From Octopus bimaculoides (lineage: Eukaryota), in the NCBI RefSeq assembly GCF_001194135.2, contig NC_068984.1, forward strand, positions 27,986,960 to 28,050,959: 64,000 nucleotides of DNA. Direction: 5' to 3'. A model generated the notes under the pieces. The model saw only the letters and a list, made by a program, of their open reading frames with translations, ran no database searches and was not told where the DNA came from. The position numbers and the translations under genes are program-made. Positions 1 through 12,211 of this stretch are shown in pieces (the stretch's first letter is position 1; the number at the start of each line of letters is the position of its first letter).

Positions 1-640
1 GGATATATGATATCATGTGTCATTGCCATGGGCAGACATGTCTTAAACAAGACAGGCTTGCATTTTGGGAAGAGAAGAACTTTACGAGCTGGAGGTCAGT
101 TCCACCATAACTTTTGATGACATGTGGTCAGGTAGGAATCAGCATAGGCATAAGAGTTCTAATGATCCTGCAAGACCATTCAAGGTAGGAAACCTAGCTG
201 TTTCATATGTCACAGTAAAAGTCATTTAAAGACTCTACATAGCAAGAACAAAAATAACAATAACCTGAATATATCATGGAGGTTGCCAGTCTGAATGCAA
301 CACTAAACACAACTCTGGTGTAGGCAAAAACCAATTTCTCTGTCCTCATTGTTAGCAGCAAATCTTGAGATGCAAGAACTGCCCTCCAGCCCCCATCCCA
401 GCCCAAACCAGCATAAACAAAGAAAGTCGCCCACTGCAAGAACAGCAGTGTGAATTAAACAATGAGGAAACACCCCTCTATATACACACGCAAATTTCAG
501 AATAGCACCACTACAGTTGTATATGGAGGATGAGAGAACAGATAAAGATGGTAGGAATAAGCAAAATTCTTAAAGAAAAACCAGATGGAAAAAGACCCAA
601 TAAAAAAAATAAAAACAATAAAAAAGCACAAAAAGATATG

Positions 641-922
641 CACCTGTGAAGAGACACTGTGCTTGTGTAGATCTGTCAAGCCAAATGAGACCGTAGTCAT
701 GGCTGATGCTAGTGTCAGGTCAATAGCACCCATGCTGATGGCATGTAAAAAACATTCACTTCACTCTTGGAGTGGTTGGCATTTGGAAGGACATCCAGCC
801 ATAGAAAACTTGCCAAATCAGATCAGAACCTAGTGCAGCTCCCCAGCTTACCAGTTTTCAGTCAAACCATCCAACCCATGCCAGCATGGAAAAACAGATG
901 TTAAATCATGATGATGATGATA
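641..922 (+). mobile_element. SINE family A (RTE-like 3' tail ending ...gttaaa-(GAT)n), decayed copy
   Basis: Contains gagtggttggcatttggaaggacatccagc...tccaacccatgccagcatggaaa...gttaaatcatgatgatgatg, matching the other family A copies at 3440, 29845 and 40792. Confidence 0.75.
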
Positions 923-988
923 AGGATTATTGTCATCATCACCATCACCATCAGCAGTATTGTCATTATCATTATTATTATTATTATT

Positions 989-1500
989 GAAGACATCACA
1001 CAGTATCCAATATTGCGATGTAGATTGAAGGTATTGTGTGTACCAAATTGTGTACAACAAGGATCTCAGACAGACAACAATTTATAAAGTGTGCATGCAG
1101 TTCCCAGTAAATTCAATGCTTACAATACACCAAGATTGTAGGGTATTTCTAAAGTGTCCCGGCTGGGTGGTATTGGACCCAATGCTCCAATAACAAGAAC
1201 AACCTCTATGTTTGACTCTTGCAGCTGCCATATTTTGGCTATCTCAATTTTCAGGTCTCCATGTTCATCAATCCGTTCCCTTTCTTTCATAACAATATGT
1301 TGATCACCTGACACTGCCACATCAATCATTAGACACTCTTGCTTGTCCCTCTTAAAGGCTACTATATACAGCCTTCCATGATCTTACACCTTATCTGTCT
1401 AGAAGTCAAAGTCCCAGAGGATCTTTGCCTTCTCATTTTCATTCAGGATCTTTGCCTTCCTGATTTTGTTCAGGATCTTTGCCTTCCCAATTTTGGCAAC
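989..1500 (-). mobile_element. 5'-truncated R4/Dong-clade non-LTR retrotransposon fragment (restriction-like endonuclease domain), pseudogenised
   Basis: Minus-strand translation ENEKAKILWDFDF*TDKV*DHGRLYIVAFKRDKQECLMIDVAVSGDQHIVMKERERIDEHGDLKIEIAKIWQ...VLVIGALG...LLGTA matches the RLE C-terminus (LWD..TD...RPDIV...IDV..P.D..KE.EK..KY..L). The 3' end abuts (TAA)n at about 966-988. Confidence 0.8.
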
Positions 1501-1502
1501 CA

Positions 1503-1702
1503 GTTGGCAGAATTGTTAGCATGCTGGGCAAAATACTTGGCAGCATTTTGTCGATTTTTACATTCTGAGTTCAAATTTTGTCAAAGCCAACTTTATCTTT
1601 AATCCTTTTGTTGATAAAATATGTACCATTTGAGTATTGGGGTCAATGAAATTGACTAACCACCTCTCCTGAAATTGCTGGCCTTGTGACAAAATTTGAA
1701 AC

Positions 1703-1742
<40 letters not shown>
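1503..1742 (+). mobile_element. SINE family B (head ggcgagctggcagaaacgttagc), decayed, with (ATT)n tail
   Basis: gttggcagaattgttagcatgctgggcaaaa...ttctgagttcaaatt...ggggtcaatg...ctggccttgtgacaaaatttgaaacc followed by (ATT)n; homologous to 5888, 9252, 12666 and 47346. Confidence 0.7.
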
Positions 1743-1745
<3 letters not shown>

Positions 1746-2359
1746 TAATTAATTAATTAATTCTTAAAAAATATAGTTGTTGTTTCTTGCCTTGCGGGGA
1801 AGGCTTTACCTCAGTCTATGGATAACATTTTGTCAAGTTTCATAAAAATTGGATTACTATTTATGTGTGATATTGCATGAGGTGATTACTCAAGAATGAG
1901 AGGGTTTTTCATTTATCCATTTGTTTCTTATATATTTGTGGTACAAAAGCATATAGAAAACATCTTTTTTGCTCTCCAGCATTCATTACAAATTGCTGAC
2001 ACACCCACTCAATAAATAAAACCGTTTGCACAGGCAACACAAAAACTGAATAAGATTATAAATAAAATATGAACATGAAAAAAATATATAATGATGTGTT
2101 TGATGTTTCTGATACAAATAAGAGTTTAGTGGAAAATTCACACAACAATAACAATAACAATAGCAACAATAGCAACAATAGCAACAAGTACAGCTTTTCA
2201 CACATTCATTTGCTAATGTTACATGTAACAAGGAAATTTTGGATTTCGAGCAAGCTACAGTTGGAGACACCACGCTGCATCATGATAATATCTTTTTTGT
2301 AGACCTTATATTCCTCACAAAATGGGAAAGCTAATTGCTGGAGTTTATATATCTATCTA

Positions 2360-2418
<59 letters not shown>

Positions 2419-3439
2419 CACAAAAAGAAGAAAAATAAGAGAAGGAGCTTGTGTGCTCTCTAAATATGAATTGAATCTTACCTCCATTTTATTTTAACTC
2501 TATTCTAGTTGTCTAGAATTTTCTGAAACTAATGAAATCTAATTAATATAACATATTTACTTCTGTCATTTTGACAATATTACTCTTCATCAATATACTA
2601 ATCACTTTTTAGATTCCTTCTCTTCCTTCGATTGTATTGTATTCCTTAAAACTTCTCTCCCTACACAGATATTCGATACAATAAAGAACCTATAGCAACT
2701 TATATAAAACATTAACTGCACTCTCTTCATTTTCATAATCTATATCCCCCACCTCACTCCACTAATCAATGATGATGTTAAAATAATATGAATCTGATTG
2801 TTGTTTATAATTTTTCTCAGACAATAAATAAATATGCAATAACATTAAATCTATAATATTTGAAGAGAATAAGTCCAGCTGTGAAATTGCTAATTAGTAA
2901 ATCACAAAGAAACCAAATTAGCCATGTATATTTCTGTGTAGATTCAATTGTTGCCTGCTACTCTTGTTGCACATAGTAACTGTATTTACCATGAGTAAAA
3001 GTAAAATAGACATGAACTGCATTCACATATTATACTGGCAATCATGTTAAAGAACTTGTTAATTATGGGCACAAAGTATTATAAAGTTGTATAAGCAGCA
3101 AAATGTAAATTACCAACAGGCTGTCTTCACAAAATAAACATCTAACTAGCTTAGAGATCAAGAATTTTGATGCCATCAGCAACATTATATCAAAGAAGCT
3201 TTGGCCTGGTCTCTGTAGTGGAGAAGAGATATTTTGGGGAAATGCAGTTCAGTTTGCTGATGTAAGCAACAAGTATTCTGCATAATGAATGGTTTGTTAG
3301 CTAACGGCTTCTGCTCTAATCTCCTCATGTCTTTGAGGAAAGTAACAGAAACTATTCCAGTTTCCAGTTCATGCTTCACTGAATTATTAAGCAAAGCTGT
3401 AGTAGTCTTCAATAATGGCACAGTGTTCCAATTTGGTTG

Positions 3440-4115
3440 GTGGCTGTCCTTCATTGGACACTAAACTCCGCTTGCAAAGACCTGTTGAGGCAAGTGAAAT
3501 AAAAATCGAACTAAATTTGTAGACTGGCACCCATGCCAACGTCTCTTTCATTGAACATTAAACTCAGCTTGCAAAGACCTGTTGGGGCAAGCAAAAGTGA
3601 AATCGTGATGGCACCTGTACCAGTGGATCACTAAGAGCACCGTCCAAGCATGATCATTGCCAGNNNNNNNNNNGGCACCTGTACCAGTGGATCACTAAGA
3701 GCACCGTCCAAGCATGATCATTGCCAGAGCACCAGCTGTCTGGCTTCCATGCCAGTGACACGTAAATAGCATCATTTGAGCGTGATCATTACCAACGTGC
3801 CAGTGGCACGTGAAAAGACATTCGAGCGAGATCGTTGCCAGTACCCCTGGACTGGCTCCTGTGCAGGTGACACGTAGAATACACCATTTCGAGTGTGGCC
3901 ATTGCCAGTACCGCCTAACTGGCATTCATGCCGGTGGCACATAAAAGCACCCACTACACTCTCAGAGTGGTTGGCGTTAGGAAGGGCATCCAGCTGTAGA
4001 AACGCTACCAAATCAGATTGGAGCCTGGTGTAGCCACCTGGTTTCACCAGTCCTCAGTCAAATCGTCCAACCCATGCTAGCATGGAAAGCGGACGTTAAA
4101 CTATGATGATGATGA
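3440..4115 (+). mobile_element. SINE family A with internal ~65 bp tandem units and (GAT)n tail
   Basis: Four gtggcacgtaaaa-type units, then cactacactctcagagtggttggcgttaggaagggcatccagctgtagaaac...atgctagcatggaaagcggacgttaaactatgatgatgatg. Confidence 0.85.
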
Positions 4116-5612
4116 GATCTAGAGTGAAGATGTCATGAGCACATTGACAGAAATTGATGCTTAGTCTCAGTTCAGCCTTGATTTGAGTATATCTATGACC
4201 AAGATTGTTCTAGCATGATCGCCTCAACATTTATTCTGACCAGAGTGTACTTAGGACTATACTAACAAATATATTCCGCAGTTGTTTTTGTTTTGTTTTT
4301 ATTCCTTTGTGTGGGGTAAATAGCTGTGTATGATTAGTAAAAGAATTTGCTGATATTTCTAGCATGTCAAGTGTCCACAAAGAGGGTCCCTCGTTGGCTT
4401 GAACAATGAAGAGTAGAAGTGATTGTTGATCAATGAGAAGGCTCTAGAAAGATACACTCAGGTTAGATCAGAAATCATCAACCCTCAAAAAGACAGGTTT
4501 GAGACATGGAAAGATAATGTACTACAAAACATCATATGTTATCATAGAAAAACAGAATAAAATGATTATAATGATAATGACGAAGAGGAGAAGGAGGAAG
4601 AGGAGGAAGATGAAGGTGGTGGTGTTGTTGGTGGTGGAAGGGGTAGTGGTAGTAGTGATGTGAGTTGGGGAGAAGGAGGAAGCGGTTATTAATGATGATG
4701 ATCATGATTATTATCATGGTCAGGAGTTTAAAAATATTTCCTTTCATCACTTTGTCTGAATCTGTACTATTGGACTCAGAAATTGGCAAAACCAGATGAA
4801 AAAATAATAAAGAAGAGAAATAAATAGATAAATAAACTAAACAAATGAGTAAATAATAAATAAATAAAATGTGAAAATATTTTGAGTTTAAGCCAAATGT
4901 GTTTATCAGAAAAGGTATCAATAATAATAATAATAAAAATTAGAAAGATGAATTATGGAAGAGAACGATAATTTAGAAATTGTTGTTAAGCAGTTTTATT
5001 GTTAAAATTTCAAACGATATATGAAAGAAACAACATAACAAACAATTAAAATAATAAGAAAACAATATTAACAAATAAACAACACAATGGAAAGCAAAAG
5101 AAATACTAAAATAACATTTAAAAAAAACATCAAAAAAGAACAAAATAGACAAAATCAGATAGTCATAAAACACTCATTATTTGTGGGTGAGATACTTGAT
5201 AAATGTGGTTTTGATATTATTTCACTTGGCTTAACCAGAGAACCTGTCTGTCTCTGGTATTAGATATGATAATTAAATAACAGACATGCAACAGCAGAAA
5301 TGTAAAAAAATTGTTTACGCCTCTCACACTGTTGCCATTCATTTGTACTCCAGTGTCTCTCATAAAAGTGTTTTCATATTCATAGCAAAAAAAAAAAGAA
5401 CCAAAAAGTAAAGAAAATTATGTAATGTTGTCCATCATTGTCATCAACACCACTTTCACAATCATCATCATCATCATTGTTGTCATTGTTGTTGATGTCA
5501 TCTCTGTCATCATTATTGTCTCCAGGTTCTCAGGCTACCTTCCACACCTTTAATTATCATCATCGTCACCACCACCACCACCACCACCACCACCACNNNN
5601 NNNNNNACGCAA

Positions 5613-5645
<33 letters not shown>

Positions 5646-5887
5646 TATCATCAGTATCATCATCTTCACCAGGTTTATACAATCACCACACTTAACAAGG
5701 TGAAAAAATATTTTACTACTTGTCTTTCACCATTCTGCAACAACAGCAATACTCTGATATCCAGTTTTTGCTAGTTGATCAGGCCAAAGTTGATCAAACT
5801 GATCTATGATCAAATGTATCCCAGTCATGATCCTTCTCTTTTTCTAAGTGCTAATGTCTGATTTCTGGGAGGTTTAGCTGCTATTTC

Positions 5888-6093
5888 ACACAGAGGAGAC
5901 AAACAAGGACAAACAAACGGATTAAGTCGATTATATCGACCCCAGTGTGTAACTGGTACTTATTTAATCGACCCTGAAAGGATGAAAGGCAAAGTCAACC
6001 TCGGCAGAATTTGAACTCAGAACATAGCAGCAGACGAAATACCGTTAAGCATTTTGCCCGGCGTGCTAACGTTTCTGCCAGCTCACCGCCTTT
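5888..6093 (-). mobile_element. SINE family B with 16 bp target-site duplication
   Basis: Reverse complement of the family B body, flanked by identical gtttagctgctatttc at 5872-5887 and 6094-6109. Confidence 0.9.
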
Positions 6094-7444
6094 GTTTAGC
6101 TGCTATTTCTACCAGATCTAATTACTATCTGTATAGATATTCCCTCATTAGCTCATGCTGTTTCTATTGGCTTATATGTATCAAACAAGATTTAGATACT
6201 TCTTGTTTCTCTTTCTCACTCTACAACAGTTAGTGCTTTCAAATGGCATATCCATATTCTGCTGTTAATTCACTCCATTGTTTGTTTCCCTTAATTTGCA
6301 TGATCCATTGATATTACATATACTTACAACCAAAGGTTTATTTCTTTCTAACTACTCTACATTTGAGCCATACCATTGTACTAACTGCATATAATAACAA
6401 TTCACTGTACTCTGCTTTGTATATTATCTCTGTTTAAAATGAGGGGTGTAGAAATATGACTTAAAGAGTGATATGATTCCAAGTCAACCGAGTCTCAATT
6501 TATAATGTTCATATAATGTTGATAGTTATAATAAAGAATATATGGTTCCTTTTCTTCAAGATGTTTAGATGCAATTTGAGGGGTCTTTGGTTGCTATATC
6601 TAGCATGCTAAGAAATCACAAACAAACTACCACTGAAGAATAGCAGGAGCACTGTATAAGGAATGAATGTTTTGCTAGACTGCAGCTAGATTTCAACTCT
6701 TAACATAATTGGAACTTTATTTATAGACGTGATAGATTTTGACAAGCCATGGATATATTCTGAAGAATAATGAAGAAATCAATGACTGCACAAGAATCCA
6801 ATGTCAATAAATCCCAATAAAAAAATAACATATTTGAAATTTTAAGAACAATATTTAATAAATATTATTTAGTGTCTGTGGTTCAGTTGTACACATATCA
6901 AGTGCAATGACTATACATTTCTGACTATTTGCCAAATATTTCCATTAAAGACAACAAATAGTAACTACACATGCTAGGTTTTATTTTATTATTGTGAAAT
7001 AAATAAGTTAATGTATCTCTGTTAGTTTGACTGATGAGGATTTAATTGCTTGATCAAACGAATTACCTGCTCATTGAATTTACATTTAAATGGTTAAGTT
7101 TTCCACAGACACATGTATCATTAACATAATCCTGAGGCAGAATTAGAGAGACACTGTATGACAAGGCTGGATCTTTGAATTACAGTTAAAAGTCATTTGA
7201 TGAGAATTCTACAAACTCTCTAATGATCTAATTTCACTCACAAGGCCAGGATTAACCAATGTAACGGTAAAAGATGTTTTTCATGCTTCCGGGATCAATA
7301 AAATAAAAAAACAAAAACAGACAAGTACAAGGCCCAACATAATTGACTATTCCCATCTCCCTATTTTCAGGCCTTGTGTCTATGTTAGACGCAATTTTCA
7401 TACATAAATAATATGCATGGACCTGCTTACAAAATTAGTAAGCA

Positions 7445-7740
7445 TTATAACGTCCATGAAACGTCCATGCTTCAAAAACTGCTCAGAACTGCTGAAGCAT
7501 CAAATAAAGTGCCTGCATCAATTGTTAGCTTTTGTGACTCTACATCTTTCAAATCTTAAATGCTTCCTGAAATTTGCCAATACTAACAGTCACTGTCCTC
7601 ATTTTTGTTTTCCTGTGCAATGTTCTATGCACTGTACATGCACTTTAAGCTACCTTTTCTGGTGAGTTGTTGTGCACCTGAGCACTGTATACAATAAGTT
7701 CACTATTGTTATTATTATTATTATCATTATTATTATTATC
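7445..7740 (+). mobile_element. CR1-type LINE 3' end fragment
   Basis: Frame ...TAEASNKVPASIVSFCDSTSFKS resembles the CR1 ORF2 C-terminal motif (WN.LP..VV...S...FK), followed by a short UTR and an (ATT)n tail. Confidence 0.55.
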
Positions 7741-7924
7741 CGTGTTATCTTCTGAGGAAGATGCTTTTATGGGTGCAGCTGAGTATCTTAAGGCTCTTAG
7801 AAATAGTGGGTTTCTCTGATGAAATTAGATACAGGGGTAGGAACAGGAAAATGAATATTTTATAGTACAAACTAGTATCTTACCTTGCAGTAAAAACTAA
7901 TATAGCAAGAGAATTTAATTTCAG

Positions 7925-8293
7925 AGATCAGCATTTTCTGACAGAGCATAAGTATAGAAAAGTATTGAATAGGAACTGTGTTAAAGTTAGTTATTCAGCT
8001 AGCAAGAATTTCGGGTGTTTTATCAGAGGTTTTAATGCTGTAAAACTAAGTAGAAGAGAGATGGAAACAACTAGTCAACAAAGATCATGCGACTGTAGAA
8101 TTTGTGAGAACTGTCCACTAGAAGGTAAATGTCAGGCAAAGTCAATATTATATAGTGCAAAAGATGAATCAAACGGCAGTGGTTAACCTAAAACATATTT
8201 TAGGCAATAGAACTCACATTCAAAAACCGTTATTACATGTATAACTGTTCATTTATCAGCTCCAAAAGAAATGTGCTATGGTTTGTTGAAGTT
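7925..8293 (+). mobile_element. Penelope-like element, GIY-YIG endonuclease region, left half
   Basis: HKYRKVLNRNCVKVSYSASKN...CDCRICENCPLEGKCQAKSILYSA...KTY...FKNRY: the Penelope KIFNRN.VK.SYS linker, the CxC..CPL.GKC motif and degenerate GIY/YIG motifs. Confidence 0.8.
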
Positions 8294-8295
8294 TA

Positions 8296-9672
8296 CAGGA
8301 TGTCATGAAATTAAAGCAATCGGAGTTTAGAGCTTTAATAACTATCAATAAATGCGATAAGATATGAAAATCATACATCATTATAAAAGTTTAGTATGTC
8401 TTCTTTTTGTTTCAGACTAAATAAATTCAGATTTATAAATTAGATAATAGCTATAGACCGAAAAACAATTATAACCCTCCAAAAAGGAGATGAAAGTAAT
8501 ACAACTATAGCAAAAGAGTTTAAAATTTACCGAACAACAGTCTGGAAATTCGTCAAGAAATTTCAACCTGATCGACCTTGAACGTGGCCGAAAAAGAACT
8601 GTGTGGATCCCTCAGCTTATCAAAAGTACCAGAGAAAAGATACAGCGAAATCCATGTCGTTTCACCAGAAAACTGGCTGTCACAGCAAAAATAAACCGTA
8701 CATCGATGTATCGAGTACTGAAAGAGGATCTCAGAATCCACCCTTATAAGATGATCCACCGCCATGAGCTCACGCAAGTTTAATAGGTCATGAGGCTGGA
8801 GAGAAGTCGTCTTGTCCTGCCTCAGATTGCTGAAGACACGCTGCTTAACCCGGTGTTCACTGGTGAAAAGAAAATTGACATCAAACGAACAGTACACCAC
8901 CAGAATAACCGACTTTGGATCGTATCTGGCTCCGTTGAGAGTAGTCTCCTAAATCGACGTAAAAATCCACAGTCATTTATGATTTGGGCGGCTGTGACAT
9001 CCACTGGAATGTCGGCTCTCGTTTTAGTGCCCTTGGGTGTTAAAATTAACACCCACTAATATAATTATCGACATTCTGGAAGCTGAACTGCTTCCATGGG
9101 CGAATGAGCACTTTCAGGGTACACCTTGGAGCCTCCAACAGGACTCAGCTCCATCTCACAGCTCTAAACAGTCATAACACTAGATTCAGAAAAACACTCT
9201 GTTGTTCATAGGCAAAGATAAATGACCATCAGAAAGCCCCGATCTCAACTCGGTGAGCTGGCAGAAACGTTAGCACGCCAGGCGAAATGCTTAGCACTAT
9301 TTTGTCTGTCTTTACGTTCTGAGTTCAAATTCCGCAGAGGTCGACTTTGTCTTTCATCCTTTCGGAGTCAATAAATTAAGTACCATTTGCATACTGGGGT
9401 CGATGTAATCAACTTAATCCTTTTGTCCCCTGTATGTTTAGCCCCTTGTGGGCAATAAAGAAATAAGAAACGTTAGCATGCCAGGCGAAATGCTTAGCGT
9501 TATTTTGTCTGTCTTTACGTTCTGAGTCCAAATTCCGCCGAGGTCGACTTTGCCTTTCATCCTTTCGGGGGCCCCTCCCACCAAATATGCTGGGCCTTAT
9601 GCCTAGAGCAGAAAATAATATGCTTTGGAAAAAATTGAAAAAAGTTGGTTGCCTTAATTTTGGGACACCCTG
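8296..9672 (+). mobile_element. Tc1/mariner superfamily DD37D (maT-type) transposon, inactive
   Basis: 26 bp TIRs at 8296-8321 and 9647-9672 (20/26 identical), with TA at 8294-8295 and 9673-9674. Transposase remnants: VFTGEK, HQNNRLW, IWAAVTSTG, QQDSAPSH, PSESPDLN. Spacing from QQD to the expected SPDLNxxD is 37. Confidence 0.9.
9252..9620 (+). mobile_element. SINE family B head-to-tail dimer inserted in the mariner transposase
   Basis: Full unit at about 9252-9467, then a second unit restarting at agaaacgttagcatgccaggcg. It interrupts the transposase immediately after SPDLN. Confidence 0.85.
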
Positions 9673-9674
9673 TA

Positions 9675-9865
9675 TATGGTTGTTGCATGAAACAAGTCCT
9701 CATGGATTTAAAATTACCTGGTCTATTGTAGATAATGCACAGCCATACAGGAATGGGTGCTACAAATCAAAGATACATTGTATTCCTTGTCTGAAAATTT
9801 TTATAGAAGGTACAAATAGATAACACAAAAAACAATGAGCTGTTAACGTCTTGTATGCATTTGGT
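9675..9865 (+). mobile_element. Penelope-like element, GIY-YIG region, right half
   Basis: IWLLHETSPHGFKITWSIVDNAQPYRNGC...NNELLTSCMH matches the Penelope C-terminus (IW.LK...F.I.WSI...A.PY.NG...RSEL.S.CRH) and is in frame with the left half once the mariner is removed. Confidence 0.8.
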
Positions 9866-11027
9866 TAAGAATCTTTTTATGAAAATAGAAGCCTTCTTGG
9901 ATTTTGTTCTATTTTAGAAAAAAAAACGTTAGTTTTCGAAATATTAATAGGTTTTATTGATATATGTTTTAATATATGGGGGTGCATGTCTACATGTGAG
10001 TATATGTATATAAGCATATATGTGCATGTATATATGTACGTATATAGGTATACATGAATATATAATTCTATGTATATATGTGTTTCAATATGTATGTGTC
10101 TGCACAGGCAAATACAAAATGAACACCCACATACACACTCATTGATTTTAAAAACATTAATTAAAACTATTGCTTAAAAGTATCATTTTGGAATGTTGCT
10201 TAAACAGAAATGCAATTTCATGACTTTGAGTGTGACGTTTATAATAATATTACCATGAGAACCAGAAATGAAATAAAAAAAAAGCATGAGCTTAAAACAG
10301 CCATTTATGCATGTGTCGTTCACAAAGGTTTTTAAACTAAAGGAAATAAGGATAAGTGTTTCTTTCATACTTTCATTTCATATTTCAAAAAATATTCAAA
10401 CAATGGCTATTCAAAAGAAAACCAGGCCAGGTTTGCCAGCTGATGATTGGAAATCAGAGCCTTTCATTTATAATGTGTTACACACACACACACACACGTA
10501 TGTATACACATACACACATACATATATATACATATTAATATATAAATACATATTATATATACATATGTATGCATGTATATATATATACACATACCTACAT
10601 AAGCATTAGGTTAAAGTTTGGAAACAGTTGTTGAATAATCAACTAATGAGGTAATATAATTTACCTTTAAGTTGAATGATTATAATTATAGCAAAACTTT
10701 ACATGGCCAAAATTGGATTAGCACTATTTTCATTCAGGAAAAGGTGTTTAAATAAGATTAAATGAGTACAATGAACTTCTATTTAATTTAATGAGGACAT
10801 TTCAACTTGGTTTTGTCTTGTTATTGATGCTTGATATTGTTCAATAATTGCTATTTCGTGTTTGCCATTGAGCTCAGAAAAGCAGCATGCATACTTTTTT
10901 TTAATATATTTACTGTTCCGAATAATGAACTAAAATTACTGGGACATAATTTTATATGCACAAAGCTGCAGAAACTGAACATTTTTTTTAAGAGACGGAA
11001 AAATTCATACTATTGTGCTGTTTATAC

Positions 11028-11224
11028 TTTCCCCATAAGCCTTATTGTTGTGGCAGCCCTAATAAAGCCTATAAAAAATGGTTTTCTGGCCATGACCATA
11101 TCATTTTTATTCAAACACAATGTGTCTACATCTATATAATCCAATATGCCTTTCTTCTTTTGAGATGGTCGGATGTGATTGAAAAAGGCTGTTAATTTAA
11201 CCAGGCTGTTAATTCTTGAATATA
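11028..11224 (-). CDS. Candidate internal exon of an unidentified host gene (65 codons)
   Basis: Acceptor gtttatttttatAG, open frame YSRINSLVKLTAFFNHIRPSQKKKGILDYIDVDTLCLNKNDMVMARKPFFIGFIRAATTIRLMGK, weak donor AAA|GTATAA. Non-repetitive sequence; protein not recognised. Confidence 0.3.
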
Positions 11225-11340
11225 CTATAAAAATAAACAGACTAAAATGTTCATATAAACCACTATGAACACCTTGCAATTTTAAAATCAATTAACACCA
11301 ACATCTTCAAAAAAATACTAAAATATTTTCAATATAGTAC

Positions 11341-11722
11341 AGATGTGGCTATGTAGTATGAAGCTTGCTTCCCAATCACATGATTCTCGGTTTAGTTCCA
11401 CTGGATGGCACCTTTATAGCCTCAGGCTGACCAAAGCCCTGTGAGTGGATTTGGTGGATGGAAACTGGAAGAAGCCCATCGTATATATGTATATGTATAT
11501 AACTGTGTATGTGTGACTTTGTGGTTGTGTTTGCCCCCCCCCCCCGCTTTACAACCGATGTTGGTGTGTTTACATCCCTATAGCATTAACAGTTTGGCAA
11601 AAAAGAGACTGATAGAATAAGCACTAAGCTTTTAAAAAAAAAGTCCTAGGGTTGATTCATTTCACTAAAACCCTTCAAGGTAGTGCCCCAGCATGGCCAC
11701 TGTCAGATGACTGAAAAAACGA
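11341..11722 (+). mobile_element. SINE family C (tRNA-like head, central microsatellite, GAGTAAAA-type tail), decayed
   Basis: tatagcctcaggctgaccaaagccctgtgagtggatttgg...gaagaagcccatcg, then TA/TG repeat, then acaaccgatgttggtgtgtttac...cagcatggcc...atgactgaaa. Confidence 0.8.
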
Positions 11723-12101
11723 TAGAACATATTTTATCAACTTAGTTTCAGTCGTTCAGCATCTGCTAAACTAGCACTGCACCTATAAGAGCTTTTAAGA
11801 AACCACCGTACTTACTTTATTGAATAGCAGAGTTACATTATCATTTGAAAGGACATAACTCAATGCATTATTTTAAACATAATATACACATTGATACAGA
11901 CTATAGCTGCTTATATACAATATACGTACTTATACACAACAAGCATACTGATACAATGGTCTTCCATATGCCAACTTCCCTTTCAAAGCATTAGTGAACT
12001 CGAGGTGACAGTAGAACTGGTGCAAGGCACTGTGAACCTAATGGCACTACTTTGCTTGTTCCTAGATACGCATCTTGAAAATTGGAAAAGCTACAAGTGT
12101 T

Positions 12102-12136
12102 TTCTTCTTCTTCTTCTTCTTCTTCTTCTTCTTCTT

Positions 12137-12210
<74 letters not shown>
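12102..12210. repeat. Compound microsatellite (CTT)n-(ATT)n
   Basis: Read directly from the sequence. Confidence 0.95.

Positions 12211-12211
<1 letters not shown>

Noticed and set aside
1339-1602. Plus-strand ORF with repeated QDLCLP motif
   Set aside because: Antisense read-through of the Dong fragment's 27 bp triplication and the adjacent SINE.
3610-3727. Exact 54 bp duplication across a 10-N gap (also 46 bp at 45829-45874 / 45885-45930)
   Set aside because: Identical sequence on both sides of a minimal gap is a typical scaffolding overlap artefact.
3772-4047. Similar ORFs at 3772-4047, 27436-27742, 29788-30152, 32510-32746, 39891-40245 and 46047-46244
   Set aside because: All lie within SINE copies; the similarity is repeat-derived, not a gene family.
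6330-6386. 57 nt AG...GTAAGT segment on the minus strand
   Set aside because: Stops in all three frames; shows that splice-like sites arise by chance here.
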